Origin: a virus
Reading direction: 5' to 3' (one strand)
DNA length: 13,756 nucleotides
Virus genome (UHGV): UHGV-0099327
Positions 1 through 7,419 of this stretch are shown piece after piece (position 1 is the stretch's first letter; every line of letters begins with the position of its first letter). The translations under genes and the position numbers were made by a program. The notes beneath the pieces were generated by a model. The model saw only the letters and a program-made list of their open reading frames with translations. It made no database searches and was not told the DNA's origin.

Positions 1-21
1 CTCCGGATGAATATGATGATC

Positions 22-321
22 TCATATCAGGAACTTGTTCGCACCTTCCCTAATTTCTTTTTCTTCGCTGATTGAACTGATATCAGTAAAGTCACCAGCG
101 GCAATAAAATTCTTACCTTGATATTGCAAGTCGTAATAAGCATCAGTTAACAACAGTTCTGCGCCGTTATGCATCTTAATCTGAACAAGATGAAACAACG
201 CGCCAACACTGAACAACTGACCAGTAGTCAGTTCAGTATAAGCAGTGCCGTTAAAATCGTTATACGCTTCGATGAAGTCGGGGTCTTTTCTCAGTCTGTT
301 AAATTGGTCTTTTACTGACAT
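22..321 (-). CDS. hypothetical protein (99 aa)
   Basis: ORF in the supplied track. ATG at 321..319 is preceded by an AGAGGTGG Shine-Dalgarno-like sequence. Its start overlaps the stop of the upstream 191-aa ORF (TAATG), suggesting translational coupling. No family recognised. Confidence 0.45.
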   Translation of the reverse strand: MSVKDQFNRLRKDPDFIEAYNDFNGTAYTELTTGQLFSVGALFHLVQIKMHNGAELLLTDAYYDLQYQGKNFIAAGDFTDISSISEEKEIREGANKFLI

Positions 322-896
322 TACACCACCTCTGTTGCAGTGAGTTTAATATTTGAAATTGATGCTAAGTCTAACGGGATAGTATCGTTCGTTAGGATGA
401 ATCGTCCTTTTGTTCCTCTGTAACTGACAGTTTCACCAGCTTGAACGTTCTGCAACAGATTCGGAAATAGTTTCATCTCTCCACCTGCTTTGACATCCTC
501 CGTCACGGTGTACAGCTTGGAGTGATTCTGAAACTGAACAAGTGCTCCCGCTTCTAAAGTATCTGCAAAGCTGTTCAGAGTGACCTTACGCGCTCCTTTG
601 TTAGCTGTAACAGATGCCTGGATAAGTCCCTGAGCCGAGCCTTTATAGTCAGTCAAGTAGCTTAACGGAAAGTCAAACGGTTGACCTTGTTGATGCATCG
701 CGATAAAGCGTTGAACGTGTCTTGTGTCCTGCGACATATAATTCACAGTGAAATTCAATTCGAAATATTGAACGCCTGTATAACGTTTCTGAAAACGTCC
801 TGATACTGCTCTGTTAGAGAAAAACGGAGCATTTGATTTAAGCTGAACATCGGTCAGCCTAACGTCTGTGTCTAATAGATTCATAAGTCCTCTCAT
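321..896 (-). CDS. hypothetical protein (191 aa); true start may be the second Met at 884
   Basis: Long ORF transcribed divergently from the endolysin gene, with only 33 bp between the two starts. The second ATG (884..882) has a GAGGA motif a few nt upstream. No family recognised. Confidence 0.45.
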   Translation of the reverse strand: MRGLMNLLDTDVRLTDVQLKSNAPFFSNRAVSGRFQKRYTGVQYFELNFTVNYMSQDTRHVQRFIAMHQQGQPFDFPLSYLTDYKGSAQGLIQASVTANKGARKVTLNSFADTLEAGALVQFQNHSKLYTVTEDVKAGGEMKLFPNLLQNVQAGETVSYRGTKGRFILTNDTIPLDLASISNIKLTATEVV

Positions 897-929
897 AAAT
901 AAGATTTTAACTATATTTATGAGGCCAAT

Positions 930-1415
930 ATGGAACTAAACGCAATGCTTCGTTATGACGAAGGCGAAAAACTCACGATGTATAAAGACACAGAAGGATA
1001 TTTCACAATCGGTGTCGGACACTTGATTACAAAAAATCCATCAAGAGACTACGCTTTGAAAGAACTTGATAAAGCTGTTGGTCATCCTTGTTATGGATAT
1101 ATCACAGCGAAAAAATCTGATCAGTTACTGAATATTGATGTTAACTCAACTCTGCGTCAGCTTAGTAAAACAGAACTGCATCCAGCTTATATCAGAATCG
1201 ATACAGCCAGGCGTTCAGCGTTAATCAATATGTGTTTTCAACTCGGCGTTTCTGGCGTATGTCAGTTCAAGAAATTCTTGGGATACATAGCTGTTGGAGA
1301 TTATCAAAATGCGGCTGATGAAGCTTTAGACTCAAGATGGGCACGTCAGACTCCTAATAGAGCAAAACGTGTAACTGATGTTATTAGATATGGCGATTTC
1401 AGAAGTTATAATTAA
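930..1415 (+). CDS. endolysin, T4 lysozyme (gene e)-type muramidase, GH24
   Basis: 161-aa product aligns by eye along its length with T4 lysozyme (MELNAMLRYDEGEKLTMYKDTEGYFTIGVGHL versus T4 [32 protein letters not shown]). The catalytic Glu11, Asp20 and Thr26 equivalents are conserved, as are the ALINMCFQLG and RWARQTPNRAKRV blocks. GAGG sits 5 nt before the ATG. Confidence 0.9.
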   Translation: MELNAMLRYDEGEKLTMYKDTEGYFTIGVGHLITKNPSRDYALKELDKAVGHPCYGYITAKKSDQLLNIDVNSTLRQLSKTELHPAYIRIDTARRSALINMCFQLGVSGVCQFKKFLGYIAVGDYQNAADEALDSRWARQTPNRAKRVTDVIRYGDFRSYN

Positions 1416-1767
1416 AAATTTATATTATCTAATTTGAACAGCATCAAGTTGATGAATCGGACTAAGCAGATATGTAATTAACACCATCAGCTTAGTCTAC
1501 ATATAGCTTGTTATAATTTTTTACGACTCAACGAAGTCTTGTTAGGATAATGTAAACAAATCCGTTTTTTAGATGTTAGTAATATTAGCAATGTTCATCT
1601 TAGAATGTGATATCGAAGGAAACTCGAAAATGATAATAGCTTTACACTATTGAGAAAATTTGGTTGAGGCTTCAAAATAGAGCATTCATACGTGATCAAT
1701 AGCCAGACTAAGCAAGCAACAGCTAACCCCCGTAACGTACTGATTAAATTGATAATTGAAGGTGCAT

Positions 1768-2055
1768 ATGTTAAAAGTTACTGGTCTTGATAAGCTTCAG
1801 AAAGAACTCAAGGATGCAAAGCGTATACTGAGTGAGCTGGATGGCGAGCTAGGAGTCGTAAAGTTTAACCCTAACGACCCTGCTAGCATCGAGTCGGCAA
1901 TTCAAACAGTTAATCACATGATTGATGAACGCATTGGCGGATGTTCAACCAACTCCATAGTCGGCTCGCTTGCGCAGCAGATGAAGGAAACATACAGAGA
2001 AGGCATTCTTAAAAAAGCTGCCGAAGCCAGATTGACTTCAAGTGAGGATGAGTAA
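1768..2055 (+). CDS. hypothetical small protein (95 aa from ATG 1768), first gene of a two-gene operon with the TIR-like protein
   Basis: ORF with a GAAGGTG SD-like motif 3 nt before ATG 1768 (spacing short; the track starts at TTG 1756). Its stop overlaps the next gene's start (TAATG at 2053..2057). No family recognised. Confidence 0.5.
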   Translation: MLKVTGLDKLQKELKDAKRILSELDGELGVVKFNPNDPASIESAIQTVNHMIDERIGGCSTNSIVGSLAQQMKETYREGILKKAAEARLTSSEDE

Positions 2056-2951
2056 TGGCTCAAGATATTTTTTCTGAAATGAACAATGCTGTTCTGGATT
2101 TACAGGCTTCACAATACCAGACCTTTGAACGTCCACTCAAAAAGCTTGCTCAGCTTCTAAAACATTCCGATCTTGAATCATACAATGCAGACCTGACTGA
2201 AGGACTCAATCTTACAGAGTTTCTCGCAGAAAGTGAGAAGACTGGAGGAAGTATGGCTGGGAGTGCCCAGCTTGTCTGGCCAGATGATGCAAGAAAAACA
2301 CTAGGCCTTACATTACTTTTGATTTTTAAGTTAGCAGAAGATCCTAATTATGCAATCAACTTTGGACATCATTTTTTCTATTCCGGAAGTAAAGTTATAG
2401 CAGGCATTCATTCGATTACAGGACAACTTATCATTCCTTTCGTTAGAGATTACAAAAATTATGTTCAGTCTAAGGGAAGCACAGAAACTATGTTGAAGCC
2501 GCAGTTTTCGAACAAAGTTTTCATTGTTCATGGTCATGATGATGGCGCCCGTGAAACAGTCGCAAGGTTTCTTGAACGTATAGGTTTAGAAGCAATCATA
2601 TTACATGAGCAAGCTAATCAGGGACGAACTGTCATTGAGAAAGTTATAGCAAATAGTGATGTTGGATTTGCTGTTGTATTGCTAACACCAGATGATGAAG
2701 GTTGTGCTAAAGGAGGAATACCAGAACCAAGGGCAAGGCAGAATGTAATGCTAGAATTAGGATATTTTATCGGGCGTTTAGGCAGAGAGAAAGTATGTGC
2801 ACTAAAACGCGGCTCACTAGATATTCCAAGTGATTTTGCTGGGGTTGTTTGGGAAAATATGGATAGCAGTGGAGGCTGGAAGCAAGCACTCGCACGAGAA
2901 CTTGAAGCTGCTGGTCACAATATTGATTGGAATAAAGCAATGCGGAGTTGA
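2055..2951 (+). CDS. TIR-like domain protein (Cap12/PycTIR-type nucleotide-binding domain at C-terminus, uncharacterised N-terminal ~150 aa); candidate anti-phage effector
   Basis: 298-aa ORF with a GAGGA SD. The C-terminal half carries the motif series KVFIVHGHDDG (nt 2517..2546), AVVLLTPDDEG, RARQNVMLELGYFIGRLGREKVCAL and IPSDFAGVV. From memory this matches the bacterial TIR-like family found in CBASS Cap12 and Pycsar effectors. The N-terminal domain is not recognised. Confidence 0.6.
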   Translation: MAQDIFSEMNNAVLDLQASQYQTFERPLKKLAQLLKHSDLESYNADLTEGLNLTEFLAESEKTGGSMAGSAQLVWPDDARKTLGLTLLLIFKLAEDPNYAINFGHHFFYSGSKVIAGIHSITGQLIIPFVRDYKNYVQSKGSTETMLKPQFSNKVFIVHGHDDGARETVARFLERIGLEAIILHEQANQGRTVIEKVIANSDVGFAVVLLTPDDEGCAKGGIPEPRARQNVMLELGYFIGRLGREKVCALKRGSLDIPSDFAGVVWENMDSSGGWKQALARELEAAGHNIDWNKAMRS

Positions 2952-3002
2952 TTTTATATAGCTCTATTTTTAGCGATACTGGCGTTTCATCGACAATTAA
3001 AA

Positions 3003-3037
3003 ATTTGGCTGCTGATTAGCCTAAAACGCAGCCAAAT
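3003..3037. repeat. 10-bp inverted repeat (ATTTGGCTGC ... GCAGCCAAAT) with 15-nt spacer in the terS-upstream intergenic region; possible protein-binding site or cos/pac-associated element
   Basis: Arms at 3003..3012 and 3028..3037 are exact reverse complements. The repeat lies in the 337-bp non-coding stretch upstream of the Nu1-like gene, where lambda-like phages place cos. Confidence 0.35.
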
Positions 3038-3134
3038 ATAAATCATTAATGATATTGCTTAAATAAGTTTTAACGACTCATCTTCTGCCCCCCCTCTAAC
3101 AAAAAATAATAGTTACTCTGGGACTTCTGAAACA

Positions 3135-3163
3135 CCGAGATGTTTCGAGCGCTCGGCTTTTTT
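3135..3163 (+). terminator. putative intrinsic terminator downstream of the TIR-like operon
   Basis: CCGAG ... CTCGG stem (3135..3139 and 3152..3156) contains the palindrome CGAGCGCTCG and is followed by TTTTTT (3158..3163). Confidence 0.35.
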
Positions 3164-3288
3164 CTGCTGTGTGAAAATTCCAAATCAATTCAGTTCATCA
3201 TCGATAGACAGGACTGATTCCGGATGATTTTTCCGTTCAAGATAAATACAGTAATAAACCCTTGGGCCACTTGTGTAAGGAGAATAAA

Positions 3289-3810
3289 ATGGCACGTAAA
3301 ATTTACGTCAGTATGACTGATATGGCAAAACGTTATGGTTATACCCTTAACGCTATTAAATCATGGAGAGCAGAAGGACTTCCTTATTCAGATAATCCAG
3401 CAGGAATACCAGAAAACGAAGGCACTTTATGGATCGTTCAGAACAAAATTAATCCGATGCGCAATATGTCTGTTCGTGATGAATTCGAGAAAGAAAAACT
3501 TCGTGAACAGGTGGCGAAGGCTGACTTAGCAACTTATGCAGCGCAAGAAAAATCAGGTGAATTAATCCCTGTTGAGTTGGTGCAAGCTCAATTGAATCAG
3601 TTCTGTCAGTCTCTGAAAGATTCCATCAGGCTGATTCCGTCAAAACACGGTATCGAAATCATGGAGTCTGCTAATGATATCCAGGAGCTGAAAGAAAAAC
3701 TCAAAGAGATTTTCAACAGAACATTGAATGAACTTGGTGAGTCGTTCGAACAAGACTTCGAACACGTTGACAAACCAGAAGAGAAAGAAGATAGTGAAAT
3801 TGAACTTTAA
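3289..3810 (+). CDS. terS: terminase small subunit, lambda Nu1-like (N-terminal winged HTH)
   Basis: ATG at 3289 with an AAGGAG SD 6 nt upstream. The N-terminus (SMTDMAKRYGYTLNAIKSWRAEGLP) resembles the lambda Nu1 HTH (KKQLADIFGASIRTIQNWQEQGMP), followed by a similar EKEKLREQV acidic/coiled segment. An intrinsic terminator follows immediately. Confidence 0.6.
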   Translation: MARKIYVSMTDMAKRYGYTLNAIKSWRAEGLPYSDNPAGIPENEGTLWIVQNKINPMRNMSVRDEFEKEKLREQVAKADLATYAAQEKSGELIPVELVQAQLNQFCQSLKDSIRLIPSKHGIEIMESANDIQELKEKLKEIFNRTLNELGESFEQDFEHVDKPEEKEDSEIEL

Positions 3811-3835
3811 GGGAGTTTGCACTCCCTTTTTAATT
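3809..3835. terminator. intrinsic terminator (stem AAGGGAGT / ACTCCCTT, loop TTGC, T-run), probably bidirectional
   Basis: Perfect 8-bp stem begins at the terS stop codon and is followed by TTTTT on the + strand. On the minus strand the same hairpin follows the 70-aa gene and is flanked by A/T-rich sequence. Confidence 0.65.
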
Positions 3836-3916
3836 TCAAACAGTTACCATGTTTATGTATTTCATTTTTAAAATCGAATGAAGGAATTTAAAGCGATGGT
3901 GGGACCAAAATGTTTT

Positions 3917-4129
3917 TCATCGTGTTGCTCCTTTAAAGATTTGTTTCTGACGATTAATGAACATTCTTTCCTGCTTGAAATAGCCTGCTTCAATTTCGAC
4001 TGACTCTGTTAGATGTTGCTTAGGGTATTTTTCGCGACTAGCGCAATGTACATTTTTTCGTTGTAACATAAAACTGATTTTCACATAATCGCGCTTGCAA
4101 ATTACACACTTGTAATCATGGCCTGTCAT
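3917..4129 (-). CDS. hypothetical small Cys/His-containing protein (70 aa) immediately downstream of the retron RT
   Basis: ATG at 4129..4127 is preceded by a strong AAAGGAG SD at 6-nt spacing. The product contains CVIC ... HC, a possible metal-binding motif. It sits 187 bp downstream of the RT gene on the same strand and is followed by the hairpin at 3809..3835. Confidence 0.5.
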   Translation of the reverse strand: MTGHDYKCVICKRDYVKISFMLQRKNVHCASREKYPKQHLTESVEIEAGYFKQERMFINRQKQIFKGATR

Positions 4130-4316
4130 ATATACTCCTTTGTAAAACTATATTTATAGCCTCCATAACATTACAAAAGAATGATATTTTTAATTTGAGG
4201 TGTCGTCCAAATATGATTATATTCCAAAGTGACATTAATGAATATTGTCCCGACTACGGAATAGGGATTAAAATAAACCGTAACCGGGAAATATATTTAT
4301 TATCCATTTTTAACCA

Positions 4317-6086
4317 TCATGGATAGTACAAATTTTTAAAGTGATTATTAATATCAACCATAGCATCAAGAATTGGTTTGAACAATGAAAAATCTATAGT
4401 CTGTCTATTTTCTCTGATAATATTGTTGGCAAACCTGTCTTTTCCAAAAGTAGTAGTGCTATCATGATTATTACTTTTATCAAAGGATTTACCGTTAATT
4501 GTCTTTGTCAGAACTTCATCTTTGAAAAAGTCTTCCATGCACGATTGTTTATCACCAGCCAATAGTGGAGTTAACAATACGTAGAGGTTATTCTCTAAAT
4601 GTAAAAATTTATGTTTTCTTACGTCCTCTGATTTTCTAGGCAGGTGAGAATATTCTTTGATTATATTATTAATAAAATCAGATGGCCCAGTGTCATTATC
4701 CAAAACAATTATTACTGGATTTTTAGGCGGTTGTCTTTCAAATTTCTTGCATTGTTCTCTATGCCTTCTAAAGAATCTTACATAGTCAGCAGCCCCACCG
4801 TAGAGGTCTAAAAAATATTCCTTTTTTGCGTTTGTTTTGAATAACGTAATATTTAAAATTCTATTCTTTGTTCTATCGTCAACTCTAACCAGAGCAGGAT
4901 AACTTAAATACAAAGAATCAATTGCACATTTCAAATAAATTGGATCTGTTTTACCTTCTGTCAAAACTGTAGGCTTTATATTCCCATAAAAATACTTATA
5001 ATGAAGAAAGTTACTGAATGCTGTCTCTCTTGAATTCAATTTGAGAGTAAAATTAATTCCAGTTTTCTTTAGCACATATTTTTCTGGGAGTGTATGTTTT
5101 TTAGCGTTAATGTTATTATACTTATCAAGCATATCAATATAAACGAAGCGGCCTTCAAGTTCATTTAGAGTACCTTTTCGCGGTTTTCCACTAATATCCA
5201 AAAGGGTAAAATCCCCTTCTTTATAAAGTGCATGCGCCATAGCTCTGGTTTTTTTAATATAATCTTTATTGACATTTATTTTTTTGTTTACGGTTAAACC
5301 TGTTACTTCCTGCCTTGATGTATGCCGCAATATTCTGGTCTTATTATTATTAATTTTAAATCCAGCTTTTTCAATTTCATTAACTAACAATGGTCCTAAC
5401 TCGTTAGAATTCTCATTTATAACAATTGAGTCAGGAAACTGATTTTTGTTAGTTGAGAATGTTATATCATCTGCATATCGACTATAACTGCATCCATTAG
5501 AAAGTGCCAACTTTGACAATCTAATATCTAAAATATTACATATAAGATTGCTTATTACAGGAGAGCAAGGACTTCCTTGCGGAAGTTTTCCATCATAGCA
5601 AGCTATCTGCGCAATTATAGTTGCTATTGATGGGTGCAAATTAAAATATTGATTCGCGATAAAATAACCACGGACCCTACCGAAATTAAATGTAGGGAAA
5701 AAATCCTCAAGATCAATATTTAAAACATTGGTTTTATTTCTATGTCTTTCTGCATTTGTTATTATTGTTTTATTTTTCTCAAATCCATGAGATAAGCTAG
5801 GGGTGATATTATTTGTTTTCCATATTTCGCTCTGACAAACATACAATAAATCTGATAAACGCCTTTGTATGTCTTTTAGTTTTTCAGTAGGCGCAAATAT
5901 CTCTCTGTCACCTCCAGACTTCTTTTTTATAATAAATCTTTCATATTGATGCTCAGGTCGTATTCTGTACAGGACATTAGTAAGAAAAGAAACTTTAATT
6001 TGAAGTAAGCGTGCAAACTCAAATTTGGTCTTGCATGACTTGAGTCTTTCTAAGTAGGAGGGAGTGAACATAATAGTAAATTCCAT
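4317..6086 (-). CDS. retron reverse transcriptase fused to a C-terminal TOPRIM (OLD-nuclease-like) domain, Ec67-type
   Basis: 589-aa ORF carrying RT motifs: KKSGGDREI (aa 55..63), NIDLEDFF (motif A, Asp125), QGSPCSPVISN, and YADD (aa 204..207, nt 5477..5466). The C-terminal region has TOPRIM-like TEGKTD and VLDNDTG motifs. Size and motif order match my recollection of the Ec67 RT (about 586 aa). A retron-like ncRNA lies directly upstream. Confidence 0.9.
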   Translation of the reverse strand: MEFTIMFTPSYLERLKSCKTKFEFARLLQIKVSFLTNVLYRIRPEHQYERFIIKKKSGGDREIFAPTEKLKDIQRRLSDLLYVCQSEIWKTNNITPSLSHGFEKNKTIITNAERHRNKTNVLNIDLEDFFPTFNFGRVRGYFIANQYFNLHPSIATIIAQIACYDGKLPQGSPCSPVISNLICNILDIRLSKLALSNGCSYSRYADDITFSTNKNQFPDSIVINENSNELGPLLVNEIEKAGFKINNNKTRILRHTSRQEVTGLTVNKKINVNKDYIKKTRAMAHALYKEGDFTLLDISGKPRKGTLNELEGRFVYIDMLDKYNNINAKKHTLPEKYVLKKTGINFTLKLNSRETAFSNFLHYKYFYGNIKPTVLTEGKTDPIYLKCAIDSLYLSYPALVRVDDRTKNRILNITLFKTNAKKEYFLDLYGGAADYVRFFRRHREQCKKFERQPPKNPVIIVLDNDTGPSDFINNIIKEYSHLPRKSEDVRKHKFLHLENNLYVLLTPLLAGDKQSCMEDFFKDEVLTKTINGKSFDKSNNHDSTTTFGKDRFANNIIRENRQTIDFSLFKPILDAMVDINNHFKNLYYP

Positions 6087-6102
6087 TATTAATTATGTTA
6101 TT

Positions 6103-6231
6103 GCACATGCAGGCACTCTTACGCATTTCAAAGTGACGCCCAAGAAGATCCGACGTCCGTCAGAGGCGAATACTGCCGACCTTTTAATCACTGATTGCGA
6201 TACCACAACCAACAAATCTACCTGCATGTGC
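6103..6231 (-). ncRNA. msr-msd: retron msr-msd non-coding RNA (template for msDNA), bounded by 11-bp inverted repeats a1/a2
   Basis: Exact inverted repeat GCACATGCAGG (6103..6113) and CCTGCATGTGC (6221..6231) flanks about 107 nt, immediately 5' of the RT start on the minus strand. This is the canonical a1-msr-msd-a2-RT layout. The 5' part of the minus-strand segment (AGATTTGTTGGTTGTGGTATCGCAATCAGTG) resembles my unverified recollection of the Ec67 msr. The only ORF here (6064..6249) is implausible. Exact ends are uncertain. Confidence 0.6.
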
Positions 6232-6516
6232 CTTGCTAATTTATCATAGTTAACAATCAAAACAAGCACTTTTGAAAATGGTTGTATCTTATTGATTAAC
6301 TAATCATGGTCAAAGCCGAACATTCCTCGTGAAGATTGTTAGAATTTGAGATCTTTACGAGCACTTAACAGACTGTCAGATTCAGTCATGGAGCAAGTTG
6401 AATGCAATGTTATCATGTATCACTTTTTCTTTTTCGTCGTTAAGATGGTTCATAAAACTTACCATTAAGTCGATTGATAACTAGTAATTACATCTGTAGG
6501 TTCTCTTGATGATTTG

Positions 6517-7257
6517 TCAGAGGGCATTTGAGCTAAATAAAGTTGATTCGACGAGTTCAATTGCTTCATCTTCGATAGTTGATTTGTCCATTGTTTTGGT
6601 CGGCTCAGAAATATCAATTTTCACAATTACAATCTCGTCATCAAAAGATAGTTTTTCACCCCTTCTTTCTTTACGTAAAACGCTGTTCTCTTTGCTGAGT
6701 TCAGCGTTTTTCCTTTCTAACTCTGCGACTCTTTTCATCAAATCTTCCATTTTGGAATTCACAACATCTAGTTTCTGCTCAGTCGGAAATTCAATACTTT
6801 CGATGATTTCAATAAATTCACCAGTATACATCTGAACAAACTGCTCGGTGTCTTTGATCTTCTGCATTCTTAGATCTGAACAGAAAGCTTTCCACGAGTT
6901 CTTTTTACCGTTAATTTCACAAGCAACGATAACAGCATTATCGGTTGTATAAGCAACGATTGCAGGCAGATTATTAACTTCGGTCGTACCGATTTCGAAG
7001 CTATGCATATTTTTTACAGTCACAGCATTTTCAATCTTCTGTAACATCTTAGCTCGAACATTACGATGAATATCTATAGCTTTAACAAGAGCTTTCAGGC
7101 TGTTTTTGTTATTGGTCATTCTATTAACTTTGATAATATTTCTGTTCAGGCTTGCTTTAACTGTTCTGTCTAGATTTTCGAAGACTGCAAATTTGAAATT
7201 CAATTTATTTGCCTTTATTGATTGGTTGAGTTCTGATATTACGTTTTTTGCAAGCAT
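6517..7257 (-). CDS. hypothetical protein (246 aa) with C-terminal coiled-coil-like segment
   Basis: Long ORF with phage-like codon usage. No SD before ATG 7257. The 5' 53 nt overlap the upstream HTH ORF in a different frame. C-terminal region (KMEDLMKRVAELERKNAELSKENSVLRKERR) is heptad-like. Family not recognised. Confidence 0.5.
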   Translation of the reverse strand: MLAKNVISELNQSIKANKLNFKFAVFENLDRTVKASLNRNIIKVNRMTNNKNSLKALVKAIDIHRNVRAKMLQKIENAVTVKNMHSFEIGTTEVNNLPAIVAYTTDNAVIVACEINGKKNSWKAFCSDLRMQKIKDTEQFVQMYTGEFIEIIESIEFPTEQKLDVVNSKMEDLMKRVAELERKNAELSKENSVLRKERRGEKLSFDDEIVIVKIDISEPTKTMDKSTIEDEAIELVESTLFSSNAL

Positions 7258-7363
7258 TATACATCGTTGCTTTATTCATTTGTTTAGATTCTGCAATTTG
7301 CTGAAATGTCTCACCAGAGTCTAAGCGAGATTCAATTTCGAATTTGTTAGGTATAAATTTCAT
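7205..7363 (-). CDS. small HTH-like protein (52 aa from Met at 7363); possibly the N-terminal part of a frameshifted larger gene
   Basis: ORF track entry 7205..7399. I prefer the internal ATG at 7363 because the terminator hairpin at 7394..7413 overlaps the longer version. The segment SGETFQQIAESKQMNKATMYNACKK looks like a helix-turn-helix. No convincing SD. Confidence 0.3.
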   Translation of the reverse strand: MKFIPNKFEIESRLDSGETFQQIAESKQMNKATMYNACKKRNIRTQPINKGK

Positions 7364-7393
7364 GGGGTTGCCTTTTTTATTGAATTGAAAAAT

Positions 7394-7419
7394 AAGCACT
7401 CCGAAGAGTGCTTTAAACT
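7394..7419 (-). terminator. intrinsic terminator on minus strand (8-bp stem, UUCG tetraloop, U-tract)
   Basis: The + strand AAGCACTC-CGAA-GAGTGCTT at 7394..7413 reads on the minus strand as AAGCACUC-UUCG-GAGUGCUU followed by AUUUUUCAAUUC. Confidence 0.45.

Noticed and set aside
1517-1530. ACGACTCA core resembling part of the T7 promoter (TAATACGACTCACTATA), present at 1523..1530 and again at 3073..3080, each roughly 220 to 245 bp upstream of a + strand operon
   Set aside because: Only an 8-mer is shared and the rest of the T7 consensus is absent. Repeated 8-mers are expected by chance in 13.7 kb, and no single-subunit RNA polymerase is evident. Treated as coincidence unless the motif recurs at other operon starts.
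2331-2537. 68-aa minus-strand ORF inside the TIR-like gene
   Set aside because: Antisense to a gene with recognisable domain motifs; no RBS.
3335-3822. ORFs 3335..3529 (+) and 3640..3822 (-) overlapping the Nu1-like gene
   Set aside because: Alternative-frame or antisense ORFs inside a gene with family-level motif support.
6064-6249. 61-aa + strand ORF overlapping the RT start and the candidate msr-msd
   Set aside because: No RBS and it spans a region better explained as retron ncRNA; its frame is open only by chance.
7235-7255. A6C run (GCAAAAAACG) at the junction of the HTH ORF and the 246-aa ORF, resembling the IS1 programmed -1 frameshift site
   Set aside because: The downstream frame is +1, not -1, relative to the upstream frame, and neither product shows transposase or DDE features. 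A homopolymer indel or simple gene overlap is more likely than an IS element.
6506-7324. ORFs 6506..6835 (+) and 7106..7324 (+) antisense to the 246-aa gene
   Set aside because: Low-complexity Ser/Ile/Leu-rich translations typical of antisense reading of AT-rich coding DNA; no RBS.
7364-7399. Upstream start (7399) for the HTH ORF
   Set aside because: That start would place the coding sequence across the minus-strand terminator hairpin (7394..7413) and has no SD; the internal ATG at 7363 is preferred, though the whole ORF remains low-confidence.
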